A stretch of DNA of 64,000 nt from an uncultured Methanosarcinaceae archaeon (GTDB lineage: Archaea; Halobacteriota; Methanosarcinia; Methanosarcinales; Methanosarcinaceae): the NCBI GenBank assembly GCA_963727895.1, contig CAVSHT010000014.1:32001-96000 (forward strand). The letters run 5' to 3'. How positions within the stretch are numbered: the first letter of the stretch is position 1; each line of letters starts with the position of its first letter. The notes under the pieces were generated by a model. The model did not search any database and was not told the DNA's origin. It saw only the letters and a program-made list of their open reading frames with translations. This document shows, piece by piece, positions 23,149-35,610 of this stretch. The position numbers and the translations under genes are program-made.

Positions 23149-23302
23149 GGTTCCGTTGCAAAAAATATCTGCTAAGGATATAATTAAAATAAAAAGGAAA
23201 TCAAAGGTAGTGACATGCTATCTAATTTCTTTAAATGGAAGCACTTTGGAGGTGAAATCATCTTATTAAATGTCAGATGGTACCTAAAATATCCATTGAG
23301 TT
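23149..23302 (+). mobile_element. IS6 5' fragment
   Basis: Inverted repeat plus MLSNFFKWKHF start. Confidence 0.85.
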
Positions 23303-23384
23303 TCTAAAACTTAAAGAATCAATTGGAATTACAGACCTTCTAGTGCATTGCCTATTCGCGCCTATTCGCCTAAGATCTGCTAAA

Positions 23385-23597
23385 TTAGAAGAGGCCTTGA
23401 TTTATTCCATCTTCTATAGCTTTGTTTATAGCAGGAAGACCATATTCTCTTCCACACTCTTGATATTCTAAAATAAATGCTTGAGCAATAAGTAAAGTAT
23501 TTGGCAATTGTTTTTGATATTTTTCATGGATAAATCTAATTAAGTCATTAAAAACATGCTCCGGTAGTTTTCTCTGAACCTTAGCATGTGATGTCAT
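23385..23597 (-). CDS. Small hypothetical protein
   Basis: MTSHAKVQRKLPEHVFNDL...IEDGINQGLF, 70 aa. Confidence 0.55.
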   Translation of the reverse strand: MTSHAKVQRKLPEHVFNDLIRFIHEKYQKQLPNTLLIAQAFILEYQECGREYGLPAINKAIEDGINQGLF

Positions 23598-23774
23598 TAC
23601 ACAGTTATGGATTCTAAAGATAATAATCTTATGTGATTTTATTACAAATGATATATATTGATACCCTTTACACAATTAACAATAATGTTAATCCTCTCAA
23701 ATTGGCATTTGTACAAAATATCAATTCTTATTTTGTGTGATATCATAAATTTAAATAAGTTATTGAGTAGAAAA

Positions 23775-24040
23775 GGTTCCGTTGCAAAAAATCTCAGAAT
23801 AAGCACGTAAATCTGCGGACAATGAACAAAAGTTAAAATATTCTAGAAGATGTATCAATATCATAGAACTATTCCAAATAATTGATTAATATATTTAGCT
23901 TCATTAAGAACAGAGTAGTTTAGATTCTTGATTTTTTATTTTTTAATCATATTTATAACTTCAATTCCTGTTAAAGTTTTATTAGCAGATTGAAAAGAAT
24001 GAAATCCTAACATTGGATTAACGATTCGCTTTATAGATTT
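23775..24040 (-). mobile_element. IS6 3' fragment
   Basis: Reverse complement of the transposase C-terminus and right inverted repeat. Confidence 0.85.
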
Positions 24041-24554
24041 AGGTAGTATGCTAATTCTGATATAGAGGTTTTAAAGTAAAAGCTGTACATTTTAGGAAAA
24101 ATCTAATTCTGCAGAATGCTTTGATATACGAACTTTTTTGATATAGAACGTTCGTATTTTAAGTAAAATTTTGCAAGTTTTGCCATCCTATACCTCAGGA
24201 ATAAGCATTAAAAACGAACTTCTCTATATTATGTTCGTATACCAATTTTAAAATAATATCAAAAAAGTTAATACTTTGGCCAAAATGTTGACTAATCATT
24301 TTTTGAATTATATGTGAAGTTGTGCGTCATTAGAAAGGTGTTAGGATTTTAATATGGTTGGGATTCTTTAAATCAACTACGCAGGGACGCACACAAACCT
24401 CTAAAATATGTAATACAACTGAATGTATATATATATATATTTTGAATATGTTATATAAAATTAAAACATATTTATAGCTAATTTATTCTAGTAAGTTGAT
24501 TATCTATGATCCACTTAAACGCTTCAGATCTTGAAAAGAAGTTCTGCTTAATAA

Positions 24555-24684
24555 GAGCCTATCCCAAAACTCAAAATTGTGTCTCTAAATTTCAAATTAT
24601 AAATAACCAATCGAGTTTCCGATAAGGAAAATGATTCTGATACTTTTATTTATGTGAAAATCAAATTGGTTTTGGGATGAGCTT
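24555..24684. mobile_element. 130-bp MITE (GAGCCTATCC family)
   Basis: GAGCCTATCCCAAAAC...GTTTTGGGATGAGCTT. Confidence 0.7.
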
Positions 24685-24730
24685 ATATACTGTCTATAAG
24701 ACGTAAAAAAATTATCGGGAGGTAAAAAAG

Positions 24731-25347
24731 ATGATTTATGAACTGATGACTATGCATCTACATCTTTGGGGAACAAAAAAGCTGTGGAAGGTATTTTAAA
24801 CTATAAAAATACATCACAAAGTAATGGAAGATTACTGGGATGCTGGAAAGTTGAAGTTGGTCCTATTGGGCCTGATTGTTTGCTTATATTACGGGAGTTT
24901 GATAATTCAGAAGATCTATTGGAAGAAAGGGAAAAATTCTTATTAAATAATAATCCTTTCGATATAGGCGATGTGTTAAAAGGATTTAAGGTGGAGTCCT
25001 TTATGCCATTTCATTTTATGCCTCCGATAAAAAGTGGTCAATTGGGGCCAATATACGAATTCAGAGAGTATCAACTTGCTGTAGGTGGTATTAAAAAAAG
25101 CATAGATGCATGGGAAAAAGCTTTGCCAGCACGGCAAAAAATATCACCTGTAGTAATAGCAATGTATGCCTTGGACGGACCGGCTCGTATAGTGCATATC
25201 ATAGCGTATGAAAGTTTTGAATTCCGACTTAACGTGAGACAAGAATTATATCAAAAAGGAATTTGGCCACCAAAGGGAGCACCTGAGGAGATTATAAAGG
25301 CTACGAATATGATAGCGTTACCAACATCCATTTCACAGTTAACTTAA
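24731..25347 (+). pseudogene. NIPSNAP-family protein, frameshift near 24770
   Basis: GGAGG then MIYEL at 24731, out of frame with the body; GPIYEFREYQL...AWEKALPAR...GIWPPKG. Confidence 0.7.
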
Positions 25348-26929
25348 TCAGCAAATGTTTTTATAAAATGTCGTGAAAAGTTTATTTCACGACATTTAAC
25401 TTGACTATGTCACATTACAAGGTAAAACGTTATTATTAGATCTCATATCAAAAGTATATTGTTCGTAGTGAAATCGATAACTGCAATTGGAATAACTGTC
25501 TAATCTGATATAGTCAGATTAAGTCCAGGTAATATATCCAGTGAATATTGGTATCCACAGACAAATTAACTTTTTTGCACAGGATACAGTGGATGCAATG
25601 GAAATGCACCAATTCAAAAATGGATTAAAATCTTGAAAACTTCAATTGGAATTACATTTCATCTCATTAACACTATTAGTAAGAAATAATTAATAATTTG
25701 TAATACTCTATTTATATACTGATTTCACTTTTACCTTTGTTTCGTGTGGGAAAATAAAATTTAGGCAAGCCTTCTAAAATGACAAATTAAACTGAAGTTT
25801 CCAGGCGATTTTGTTCACTCGCCAAAAGTTACCAGAATCGGCTGACATGGCCTATGTGTTTTTGTTAATATCTATTCCAATGACTATGTAACGGTTTTGA
25901 AAAAACGTTAGTTAGAGACTTGATATTTCGAAGGGCTATATTTTGCCTTCGATAACCGTATCGTTAAGAGCTAAAAAAAGTAAGAAACACATAGTCAATT
26001 ATGATTTACAAAACTGCCATCAAAATACCAGTAATCAATTAATTATTTGGAATAGTTCTGTAATATTGATAAATTTAAAATATTTTGACTTTTGTTCATT
26101 CTCCATATATTTACATGCTTATTCTGAAATTTTTTGCACCAGAACCCGAATATTTTGTAAAATTGGTTTTATTGAGGACTTTCAGTATATTCAATAAATA
26201 TATGACAATTTCACTATATTGAATATATCGAAAAGATATATAATCTTAAAATTAAATCTATATTTAGAAGGTTCTAATGACTCGATTCTAAAACTACTTG
26301 AATCCTGATATAACCACAATAAATCTTATTTTCATCATAGCTTCTAAAAACCACTTCCTTGAAAAATCGAGTTGTGGAGCCCTCTTACAGACAGACAAGG
26401 CTGCAGGTTATATCTTGCAGCCACAAGATCAACTTTTTGATCAAAAGTATTTGCTTTTCTTATATTATTCCTAAAATTGATATACAAGCATATATGAACA
26501 TAATAGAAAAAGGTTCGTTTTTATTGTTTATTCTTGTAGAATAGGATCGAAAAATCTGCAAAATTTCATCCAAAATCCGAACGTTTAAGTCAAAAGGTTC
26601 GTATAATGAAGTGCCCTAAAAATTAGAATTTTAGATTGTTTGCTTCATCGTAGAGTTTACTTCTACCATATAATTTTTGCAACAGAACCTTTAAATTTCT
26701 ACTTATTTCAGCAAAATCCTTTTCATAATTTTTTTGTAATGTAACCAACTCGAAAACTTCTTTTTTGTTCCTTTTTTGATTTTTTGGATCAAATTCTTAG
26801 ATTTAATAAAATCCTTATCTCTGAAATACTATCTAAATAATGTTGGTTCAATGAGATAATTATTTATAATCAGTATATGTAGTGTATATCAGAGTACAGT
26901 CGAAAAAAAGTGTGTAGTGGGGAAAGAGT

Positions 26930-27339
26930 ATGAGAATTCGAGTGGTTAGTTCAAGAGAAGAAGTCTTTACATTAAATCCTAATGAGCGTATTGTTCACCT
27001 GGCCTTTAGACCGTCAAATAAGGACGTCTTTGCACTGGTTGAGACTTGACCAAAGATTGAGGTAGTTCAGTTACCATAAGTCTTACATGGCTACGATTTC
27101 AAAATCCATGGAAATGTTCCTTGAAATGCAGAAGGATCCAGCCTATCGAAGGCGATGTTTGGGGTCATAGAAAAGATATAAACGAGTATTACACTGTCCC
27201 GTCCTCAGTCACTGAAAAAATAAAGGATATGAAATCCGAAGGAAAACTCAATGAGGATATTGAAGCAAAAGTTTCAAGGGAATATAGGCTTAATCCTAAA
27301 ATGGTTGCCTATATCATGAACAAGGAAACTTCTGCCTAA
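26930..27339 (+). pseudogene. DUF1699-family protein (nonsense codon plus frameshifts)
   Basis: MRIRVVSSREEVFTLNPNERIVHLAFRPSNKD...ET*PKIEV...IEGDVWGHRKDINEYY. Confidence 0.85.
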
Positions 27340-27745
27340 ATTTAAGCAGGGTAAAAATATCAGCAAGTAAGTAAGCAAATACTTCACTGAAGATTAATCT
27401 TTACAAAGAAGTGTTGAATCTTGAGACTTTATCATCTTCTGAGTCTTTGATTTATTGCAGTCAAGCATAAGTGGAACTGGTAATTGGTAGTCTCAGAAGA
27501 TATTAAAAAGTCTCCTTTTTTGGCGTTGTAGAACTTCTCTGAAATTAGAGGAAAGAAAAGCTACTTTTTACTCTGTGATTAATACCATTAGATCATGGGC
27601 AGTTTTGAAGACCAGTAATCTATGAATCAGACTATTTTTGAACCTTATCCAAAAAGCCTGGTGGGATTGTACTCTATAAATTCCACCTCTAGGAAGACTC
27701 CTGGGAATAAACTCATAGACTATGAAATTCTGGGTGGGGTAATTT

Positions 27746-28864
27746 ATGAAAAATCTAGGCAATTTGCTTTGTTTTTTATTACTCATTTATCTAACCAAAT
27801 TTTTTATCTCCTGGCCTTATACTAAAACTTACGAGGATTCCAGTATATCAGATATAGCAGACATAGGAGAGAATTTTGTCGGAACAGATATCGTGAATTC
27901 TGAGCCTTGTAATTCCTTGACTACAGAAGAGTCAATTACTTCTGGACAAATAATCCGAACTTACTCATGGAACTATGAAGGTCACTGTTGTCACCTTACT
28001 TTGCCTCTTGACAATAAGCTCTATCATGAATATAAGTCCAGGACTAGAGATAGGGACTACGATTTGTTTGCTTCAGATTCATATGACGACTGGTTAATCA
28101 CAAATATCTCAGAGAATTTATATTCTCTCTCAAAAGATTGTGGGCTTGAAGAGAGCGAAGTTCCAGGTCTTTGTATCTCGTTTGTTCAGTCCTTAAACTA
28201 TACTTCGGATCTTGAAAGTACGGGTTATGAAGAGTATCCTCGTTTTCCTTATGAGACTCTCTATGATAATGGCGGGGACTGTGAGGACACCTCAATTCTA
28301 GCCGTCGCAATTCTTCAAAAGATGGGTTATGATGTTGTCCTTTTGGAGTTTCCAGGACACCCGGAACATCCGGGGCATATGGCTATTGGAATAAAGTGTA
28401 GCCCTGGGCAAAAAGGCAAGAGTTTCGAGTACAAAGGCAACAATTACTATTATGTGGAGACCACAAGTAGTGATTGGCAGATAGGGGAAATTCCCGAAGA
28501 ATATGCAAACCAGCCTGTAAAGATCATTCCTGTCTACAAAAGGCCTGCAATTAATCTTGATTTCAAAGCTCAATGTGAATACTCAGGAAAAGAAGGAGAT
28601 GTAGATGTTAACGTAACTGTAAGAAGTGTGGGTTCTGAGGTAGCCAAAAATACAACTGTGTACGTTATCCTTCAGACTGCAGATGAAACTAATGTTTGGA
28701 ACGAAATTGAAAGTTCTCCAGTTACAATTGAGCCAGAAGGAATTTACAATTACACTGCTACAGGTCTTACTGTTCCTTTGGGAAGAAAATTCAGGGTATA
28801 TGTACAGGCATCGGGGGATAATATGGCATCTGAAAATATAACTAGCGAGTGGGTTAAAATCTGA
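27746..28864 (+). CDS. Transglutaminase-like protein with C-terminal beta-sandwich; start uncertain
   Basis: PRFPYETLYDNGGDCEDTS, HMAIG, YYYVETT. Confidence 0.8.
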   Translation: MKNLGNLLCFLLLIYLTKFFISWPYTKTYEDSSISDIADIGENFVGTDIVNSEPCNSLTTEESITSGQIIRTYSWNYEGHCCHLTLPLDNKLYHEYKSRTRDRDYDLFASDSYDDWLITNISENLYSLSKDCGLEESEVPGLCISFVQSLNYTSDLESTGYEEYPRFPYETLYDNGGDCEDTSILAVAILQKMGYDVVLLEFPGHPEHPGHMAIGIKCSPGQKGKSFEYKGNNYYYVETTSSDWQIGEIPEEYANQPVKIIPVYKRPAINLDFKAQCEYSGKEGDVDVNVTVRSVGSEVAKNTTVYVILQTADETNVWNEIESSPVTIEPEGIYNYTATGLTVPLGRKFRVYVQASGDNMASENITSEWVKI

Positions 28865-29424
28865 GAACTTCTGCATCTGATAACACAAAGTGAGTAAACA
28901 AATGTTATAGGAAGCAGGCCAGAAAATGCAGTATTTTTCCTCCGAAAACGACCTACTGTATTTTAACCTAATTACAAAGACAGGCATGCATCTGGCCCTA
29001 TGGAACATATTTGAAAGAGGAAGGTTATGGCATACAGGCCAGAAAATCCCGCATGCTAACTATTACCTCTATGTTTTAGTTAATTTCTGTTGAAAAAATA
29101 TTAGAAGCTACAGTTCTGCAACTATTTTTTAGTTTTTAAAAAACAAATGTTTTTAAGGACTTAGTTCTTACCATATCGAATTTTGACTTCAAATATATAT
29201 CAAATTTGCTATAAGACCCTTAAGCGAAATCAATATATCAATATTCATAAAAAAACAGGAATTTTGCGAAATACATCTATATCAAAAAACTATAAATGTA
29301 ATTAAAAGATGACAAAATTTTATTTGTAAAAGTTATTTTTTAGACCAGTTAGGAAAAAAGAGCTGACATATATAATTATTTAAGAACGATTGCTTACAAA
29401 TGTCAAAAAATCTGCACTAAAAAG

Positions 29425-29493
29425 GGCATTGTTACTTTAATATACCTAGTTCTTTATTTCTGTATTTCATCAATAGAATAACCGAGTACTTTA
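29425..29493 (-). mobile_element. IS1 right-end fragment abutting the truncated ADH
   Basis: GGCATTGTTA...ACCGAGTACTTTA matches the other IS1 ends. Confidence 0.8.
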
Positions 29494-30405
29494 ATCACAT
29501 ACATGCCTGTCAATAAGATGTGTAAAATAAGCTTTGCTAATCATGATCAGGCCTGCACCGTGTGGAAGTTCCTGATGATAAGCCGACATTGCATGTTCCA
29601 GGGAATGTTGACTTGTGCAACGCCCCACACACATTACAGTCCCTGAAAGCGTATTACCAAACGCAACCTTTTCACGTATATCCAAATCATTTCCGTATTT
29701 CACCGCTTTTGTAAGATTTTGTCCTACATTTTCAATTGCTGTGATAGCATGCATATTACTCATAAGGTTGACACCATTCGAAACATAGCCTTCTACACTA
29801 TGAAACAACGCATCGAATCCTTGATAAGCCGTGTATTTGGGCGGCACAGAAAGCATAAGTTCCGGATCGACAATTACCAAAACTGGAAACAGATCGTCAT
29901 GTACAAATCCGGTTTTCTCATGCTTTTCTTCATTGGTAACTACTGTTCCTGGATCAGTTTCGGAACCTGTTCCTGCTGTTGTTGTAATGGCTATAACAGG
30001 GAGTGGTTTATGTTCCATTGCCTTTCCTTTTCCTGTTCCACCAAACACATAATCCCAATAATCGCCATCGTTAGTGGTCATTACAGCAATTGCTTTTGCC
30101 GCATCCATACAGCTTCCTCCACCTAAAGCGACAATAAAATCACAGCTATTTTCTTTTGCAAAAACACTACCTGCCATAACTGTTGATTTCAATGGATTGG
30201 ATTGAACTTTGTCAAACACCACGGTTTCGACTTCTGCTAATTTCAATTGTTCTTCTGTTCTTGCAAGATAACCGTTTGCTCTTGTGGATTTTCCTTTTGA
30301 AATAACGATCATAGCTTTTTTGCCAGGAATTTTCTGGGTGTGCAGATTGTTTAATTGACCTGCCCCAAATAAAGTTCTAGTAGGTACATACATGTTAAAA
30401 CTCAT
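29491..30405 (-). pseudogene. Iron-containing alcohol dehydrogenase, C-terminally truncated
   Basis: LGGGSCMDAAK, TTAGTGSE, DALFHSVE, HSLEH, PHG; ends at the IS1 fragment after 304 aa. Confidence 0.85.
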
Positions 30406-30462
30406 ATCAAATCCTCAATCGTAAGTCTTGTACTTCTTATGCATTTGATGAATTCAATTCAT

Positions 30463-30570
30463 GAGCCATCCCAAAACCAATATTTTCTTAAGTAAATTTT
30501 TCATGATCATAAGCTAAATTCTCTTACTTTCGAGATTCAAATTCGCAATTTTGGTTTTCGAGATAAGCTC
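30463..30570. mobile_element. Degenerate MITE (GAGCCTATCC family)
   Basis: GAGCCATCCCAAAACC...GGTTTTCGAGATAAGCTC. Confidence 0.55.
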
Positions 30571-30584
30571 GTTAGTAGAATATA

Positions 30585-30659
30585 TGACTGATTAGTCAAT
30601 CATCAATGTGATTATTATTATATAAACGTTTACCCATATTAGGATTGACTGATCACTCA
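30585..30659. promoter_or_regulatory. Probable TetR operators TGACTGATTAGTCA upstream of adh
   Basis: Palindrome at 30585-30598, variant at 30646-30659, identical copy at 31270-31283. Confidence 0.7.
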
Positions 30660-30676
30660 TAAAGGGGGTAAAAAAA

Positions 30677-31254
30677 TTAATTTTTAGCTAGCCCTCTCCA
30701 GATAATCTGAAATCCATCCTCTAAAACCTTATTTTCATCCAGTGATGAATCTGAATCAAGGATAAGATTCACTACCGTTCTGCTAGCCTGATAAAACATT
30801 GCAATGGTCAGCTCCACAGAAAAATCTCTGATTTTTCTCATTATTACTCCTTCATTCACAAGATCATGGAAAAAGACATACTCTTTCATCACTTCTTCAC
30901 GCGTAAATTTTGTGATATAGGGAGAATAGCAGAACTGCCCGACAAAAAGAAATTCTTCCTGATTGTCTACTCCCCATTTGACCAAATTTGACCATATTTT
31001 TCTTAATTTGCCAGGAAAGGTGTTCTCAGCTTCGATATCTTTCTCCATAGCGTGACTTAAGTCTCCTTTAACCTCAAAATACAGGCTGTTTATAAGGTAT
31101 TCCTTTATGGGAAAATAATTGAAAAGCGTGCCTGTGGCTACACCTGCTTCTTTTGAAATCTGAGCAGTGGATGTACCATGAAAGCCTCTTTCAGTGAAGA
31201 GTTTCAGGGCTGCTTCCATAATAGCTGTTTTTTGTCTTTTACCTGTTCGCTCAT
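30677..31254 (-). pseudogene. TetR/AcrR regulator, 1-nt frameshift in an A-run near 31230
   Basis: MSEQVKDK out of frame with TAIMEAALKLFTERGFHGTSTAQISKEAGVATGTLFNYF. Confidence 0.8.
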
Positions 31255-31269
31255 GTAATATCTCTATGT

Positions 31270-31283
31270 TGACTGATTAGTCA
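31270..31283. promoter_or_regulatory. Probable TetR autoregulatory operator
   Basis: TGACTGATTAGTCA 15 bp upstream of the tetR start. Confidence 0.7.
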
Positions 31284-31680
31284 GTTTATCTTTATATTAA
31301 CTTGTAAGGTAAATACCTTATGGTACTTTTTTCATGACTTTAGATACTATTACAATTCTGTTCAATCAAATCTATGAGAGATGAACTTTTTTAAGTTTGT
31401 CTTGCTATAAAAAATTCGTATCCTAATAGCTTAACAATACCTGTATTACAAATTATGACACTTTTAAAAATAGATTAGACTTTTAGCCTCACTTCTTTAA
31501 CTTCTTTAATGCAACCCTTAAAACCTAACACATTTAAAACTATGTTATAAGTAAATGATTAAAAACGAAGACGCATTTTTGAATCCTTTTACAGCTTTTT
31601 CTGAAAAAAAACAATTGACTTACTAAAGCAAATTAAATTGTTTTAGTGATATTGAAGTGAATAGATTTTTTCAGCGAGTT

Positions 31681-32736
31681 TTATATCATTAACCCAATCA
31701 AAAATCCAATTATTGCGCCAGTATTAAGAAAAGGTAAACCTGCATGCATTCTTCTACGAGATGTGAAATGCATAAGTCCTATGACACCGAACCAGACGTA
31801 CCTATCATTGCGCCAGCCACTGCATAATGAACATTCATGAATGTCTTAGCTGAGACCACAAGTAGTGATGGAAAAGTTAGATCACCAAAACCTATGTAGA
31901 TTGCTTTACCAGTACCATCAGGATTTATCTGTGCATCGAAAACTGAGTATGGTAACTGCTTTGGGATAATAAAAGACAGTGGTATTCTTATTGACTTCAA
32001 AAAAGAGGATTTATTTTCTCTTGGGTGATTCTTTTTTGGATGATTATTATTTAGGTGATACTCCTTTGGATGATAATTCTCTGGATAGTACTTCTTTGGA
32101 TGATTATCATTAGGGTAATCTCTTTTGGATGGTGCTCTAATTGACCTGTTACAGCTTTCACATCTGAGTACTTTATTATGTCCATTCCGTTTACCATTAC
32201 TTGCATGTGTTTTGTTTTGTAGACGGCAATATAATCTTCAACTGCTGTGAACGCTAAAATTGTTAAGACAGGATATATCGAAAAGTTAGACCCTAAATAC
32301 ACAACGATTGCACTAATTTCTAAAATTCCTGTAAGGTCAATGACATACCATTCTGGAAACAAAAAAAGCAACGCTGTTACAATAATTGATAATAGAGTGG
32401 CGATAATTATGGCTTGGTCGCCTGTGAACGATATAAAACCTAGAAGTACTAAAAAAATTATTCCAATAATAAGTGCTGTAAACGGATACTGAATTAATGC
32501 AATAAACCATTGAATTTTCAATTTGATTGCAAGCAAAACAACTAATAGTGACAAATATTATCATGAAAATGATTTGAGTGGCGTTGAATATAGAATTAGG
32601 GTCAGTTGTATACTGCAAGTCGTTTGAAGTTATAAAAGAGTGAATCGGTGAAGTTAAAAACAATGCGAGTGATTGCACTATGATGAACAAACACATCATT
32701 GATAAGTGTAAATCTGTAATCTTTTATTTCTACCAT
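31681..32736 (-). pseudogene. Presenilin-like GxGD intramembrane protease, multiple frameshifts
   Basis: PEWYVID, EDYIAVYKTKHM, IGFGDL, HAGLPFLN spread over different frames. Confidence 0.85.
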
Positions 32737-33025
32737 CAAATCACTTTTTCATCATTTTAATCCGAGCCTTTTCTGTTTTATTGGTCAAAATAATTACTTG
32801 GTTAGTAAGTAGTTGGATTAAGAACATATCTTTATGGTTTTAATGGGGTACTGTGTAGATTACAAGGTATGGGATAAATACTCAATAAGCTTCGACTTCA
32901 TTCAATAGGTCAAACCCTGTCACTAACAGAACCTATTATTTCATAAAGAAAAAAACTCTTTCGTAAAAGATATGCATATACCTATGATTAATATATATGC
33001 ACAGTCCTAAGATTTCTTTTTATAT

Positions 33026-33691
33026 TTATTCAAGCCAGCTAGTGACCTCTTCAACTGGTGGACGAACTGAAGAAGTAAGTTCTTCAGCAGAGTAACCAAT
33101 TGCACAGCCATTAAAAGCCCATTTACCTGGATTAATCCCAAGCAATGCACTGAATTCAGGATTGTCATCCATCTGAGCTGTTGCAGAAACTAACTGGAAT
33201 CCAAGACCAAGTGCAGTTGCTTTCAACCACATATTTTCCATACAGTGCGCAAGCGATTGCTGCTCTACTGCCGGAAATCCCTTCTTTTCGGCAACAACAA
33301 TAAAGTAAGGAGCTGATTCAATACCCGGAACCTTTCCACTCTTTTTGATCATACCAAGTCTTTTTGCAAACCCTATGGCTTGTTTTCGGAGCTCTGGGTC
33401 GCTCTTCATAGCTAGCTCAAGATTTGAAGACATTGCCCCAACTTCTTGAAAGATGAGAGAAGATACTCTTATCATGCTGTTTGAATCCCTTTTCATGACG
33501 AAAAACCTGCGGAAATAATCTTTTGCGTCGCCAACAGTCGCAGCAGCAAATGGAGCATGAAGACCTGCATTAATTATACTTATGATGTCCTTTTCTGGAG
33601 GAAACTCCTGCTTGAATTTACGGTGAGTCCTACGATCATTTATAATTTCATCTAACAATATATTTTTCGGGTTAAAGTTTTCCGTATCCAT
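33026..33691 (-). CDS. Nitroreductase-family protein
   Basis: IINDRRTHRKF, AGLHAP, ENMWLKATALGLG, AIGY. Confidence 0.9.
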   Translation of the reverse strand: MDTENFNPKNILLDEIINDRRTHRKFKQEFPPEKDIISIINAGLHAPFAAATVGDAKDYFRRFFVMKRDSNSMIRVSSLIFQEVGAMSSNLELAMKSDPELRKQAIGFAKRLGMIKKSGKVPGIESAPYFIVVAEKKGFPAVEQQSLAHCMENMWLKATALGLGFQLVSATAQMDDNPEFSALLGINPGKWAFNGCAIGYSAEELTSSVRPPVEEVTSWLE

Positions 33692-33728
33692 ATTTACATC
33701 ACATCTCTTTTCATAAAATTACCTAATT

Positions 33729-33945
33729 TTCATGTCCACAGACCTCCTGCAGTAACACTCAATGAAACTACCGAGGAATTCCATATTTCCATTGGACTTC
33801 GATAGTTGAATAATGAATGCTCACGTAAATTGTATCTATTTTTCACAATCACAAGAAAGTTCTGAAAATCATTAAAAGTTGCATCATTTAGCCTCTTGAC
33901 TATAGATATTGATTTGTGTTTACAAATATGTCAGGAGATTTAAAT
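33729..33945 (-). mobile_element. Partial derivative of the IS481-like element
   Basis: Reverse complement of most of 13911-14161. Confidence 0.8.
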
Positions 33946-34047
33946 AAGGAAGATTATAAGAGTTAAAGCAGATATAACTGTTTCTCCCGGATTTTCAGGT
34001 CAGCTTTAAGGCAGGCTTTAGACCTGATATTTTTTTGTTGTGAGATT

Positions 34048-34196
34048 GGTTCCATTGCAAAAAATTCCTTATCTCATTTTGAGGCTATAATTAGTGCTTT
34101 TATGTATTATTTTTGGCTGATATAATTGATTGATTTCCCTAATTATAAAAGTTTTTAGTGATTTTGTAAAATGCTCTGATTTTTTGCAATGGAACC
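34048..34196. mobile_element. 149-bp MITE with IS6-type inverted repeats (relative at 63397-63545)
   Basis: GGTTCCATTGCAAAAAA...TTTTTTGCAATGGAACC. Confidence 0.8.
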
Positions 34197-34203
34197 TAAA
34201 TTC

Positions 34204-35610
34204 TTAGCAAATACGAGCCAGACCATCTTCAGGTGGGCAGAGTTTTTTTGTTCCAGATTCTTTACCGTTTTCAAGAAACTTACATGCATTTTCAATATCG
34301 TTGACAAGAATAGTCACCATGTCCGATGTGAAGTTTTCTCTTACAACAATGCGCATTATCTCAATATTCTCAGCATTTTTCGGAAGACAGTAGGCGGGAA
34401 CTATCCAACCCCTTTCCCTTAGCTTATACGAGAGCTGCTGCAGAGAATAGCTAGTTTCCTCTTTTTGTCTGAAAGCAATTATGGGAAGTCTTTCTCCATT
34501 GTTTAGCATTTTGAAACGGCCCAAACTGTCAATTCTCTCGGCGAGATTTTGGGAAATCTCAAGGATATTCTTCATAATTCCAGTATAACCAGCTCTGCCG
34601 AATCTCAATATATTGTAATATTGGGCCACAACCATTGCACTCCCTCCCGAAAAGTTCAGGGTGTACGAATCTTCCATTTCTCCAAGGTAATTTACATGGA
34701 AAATAAGATCTTGGGAAAGATCACTTTCGTCGCGGAAAATCAACCATCCAAGACCTGGATAAGTCAATCCGTATTTATGCCCTGAAACATTTATTGATTT
34801 TACTCTTTCCAATCTGAAATCCCATTTAAAATCAGGCTCGGTAAATGGTAATATAAAGCCACCACTTGCAGCATCTATGTGGATGGGTATATCCCAATCT
34901 TTTTCCTTCTTATATTCCATAAGCAAATCGTTAATGTCCTTTATAGGATCAATTTCTCCAGTAAAAGTTGTTCCCAGAACACAACCAACACAAATTGTGT
35001 TCTCATCAATCTGCTCTGAAACAGCAGCTGCTGTAATTGTACGCTCATCTTTGTTTATAGGAATTTTTCTAGCATCGACGTCAAAGTATTTGGCAAATTT
35101 ATCCCAGCAAACGTGAGCATCATTTCCAAAAATTATGTTTGGTTTACCTGTGCCTCTTCCTGAGTTTTTCCAGCTCCATTTGTGAGCCAGTAAACCTAGC
35201 ATTATGGCTTCTGATGAACCTACAGTTGCTGTGCCCATAAATTCTTTATCATGACCATTAAAAAGGCGTCCAAGCATATTTACAAGATTTTTGTGAATAA
35301 CCTTGTCAGTTTGAGGATATTCAAAAATATCTATTATATTTTTGTTAATGTTTTCCATGACAAGCTTATCGGCTTCAGGTCCCATCCATGTGTTAACAAA
35401 ACTTGCTAGATTCAAAAAAGGATTGCCATCGAGGCTCTGTTCATCGTGTACCAGTTGATAAGCAACTCTTGGACTCATTCCTTCATTGGGAAATTCATAT
35501 TTTGGAATTCCTTTTTCTACTGCTTTTGGAAGATATCTAGCACTGTATGCTCCAACACGATACTTTTTAGACTCATCTAAATGTTCCAGGTTTACTTTTC
35601 TAGAAATCAT
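34204..35610 (-). CDS. gadB: Glutamate decarboxylase (PLP-dependent)
   Basis: LNLASFVNTWM, GSSEAIML, IHIDAASGGF, SINVSGHKYGL. Confidence 0.9.
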   Translation of the reverse strand: MISRKVNLEHLDESKKYRVGAYSARYLPKAVEKGIPKYEFPNEGMSPRVAYQLVHDEQSLDGNPFLNLASFVNTWMGPEADKLVMENINKNIIDIFEYPQTDKVIHKNLVNMLGRLFNGHDKEFMGTATVGSSEAIMLGLLAHKWSWKNSGRGTGKPNIIFGNDAHVCWDKFAKYFDVDARKIPINKDERTITAAAVSEQIDENTICVGCVLGTTFTGEIDPIKDINDLLMEYKKEKDWDIPIHIDAASGGFILPFTEPDFKWDFRLERVKSINVSGHKYGLTYPGLGWLIFRDESDLSQDLIFHVNYLGEMEDSYTLNFSGGSAMVVAQYYNILRFGRAGYTGIMKNILEISQNLAERIDSLGRFKMLNNGERLPIIAFRQKEETSYSLQQLSYKLRERGWIVPAYCLPKNAENIEIMRIVVRENFTSDMVTILVNDIENACKFLENGKESGTKKLCPPEDGLARIC

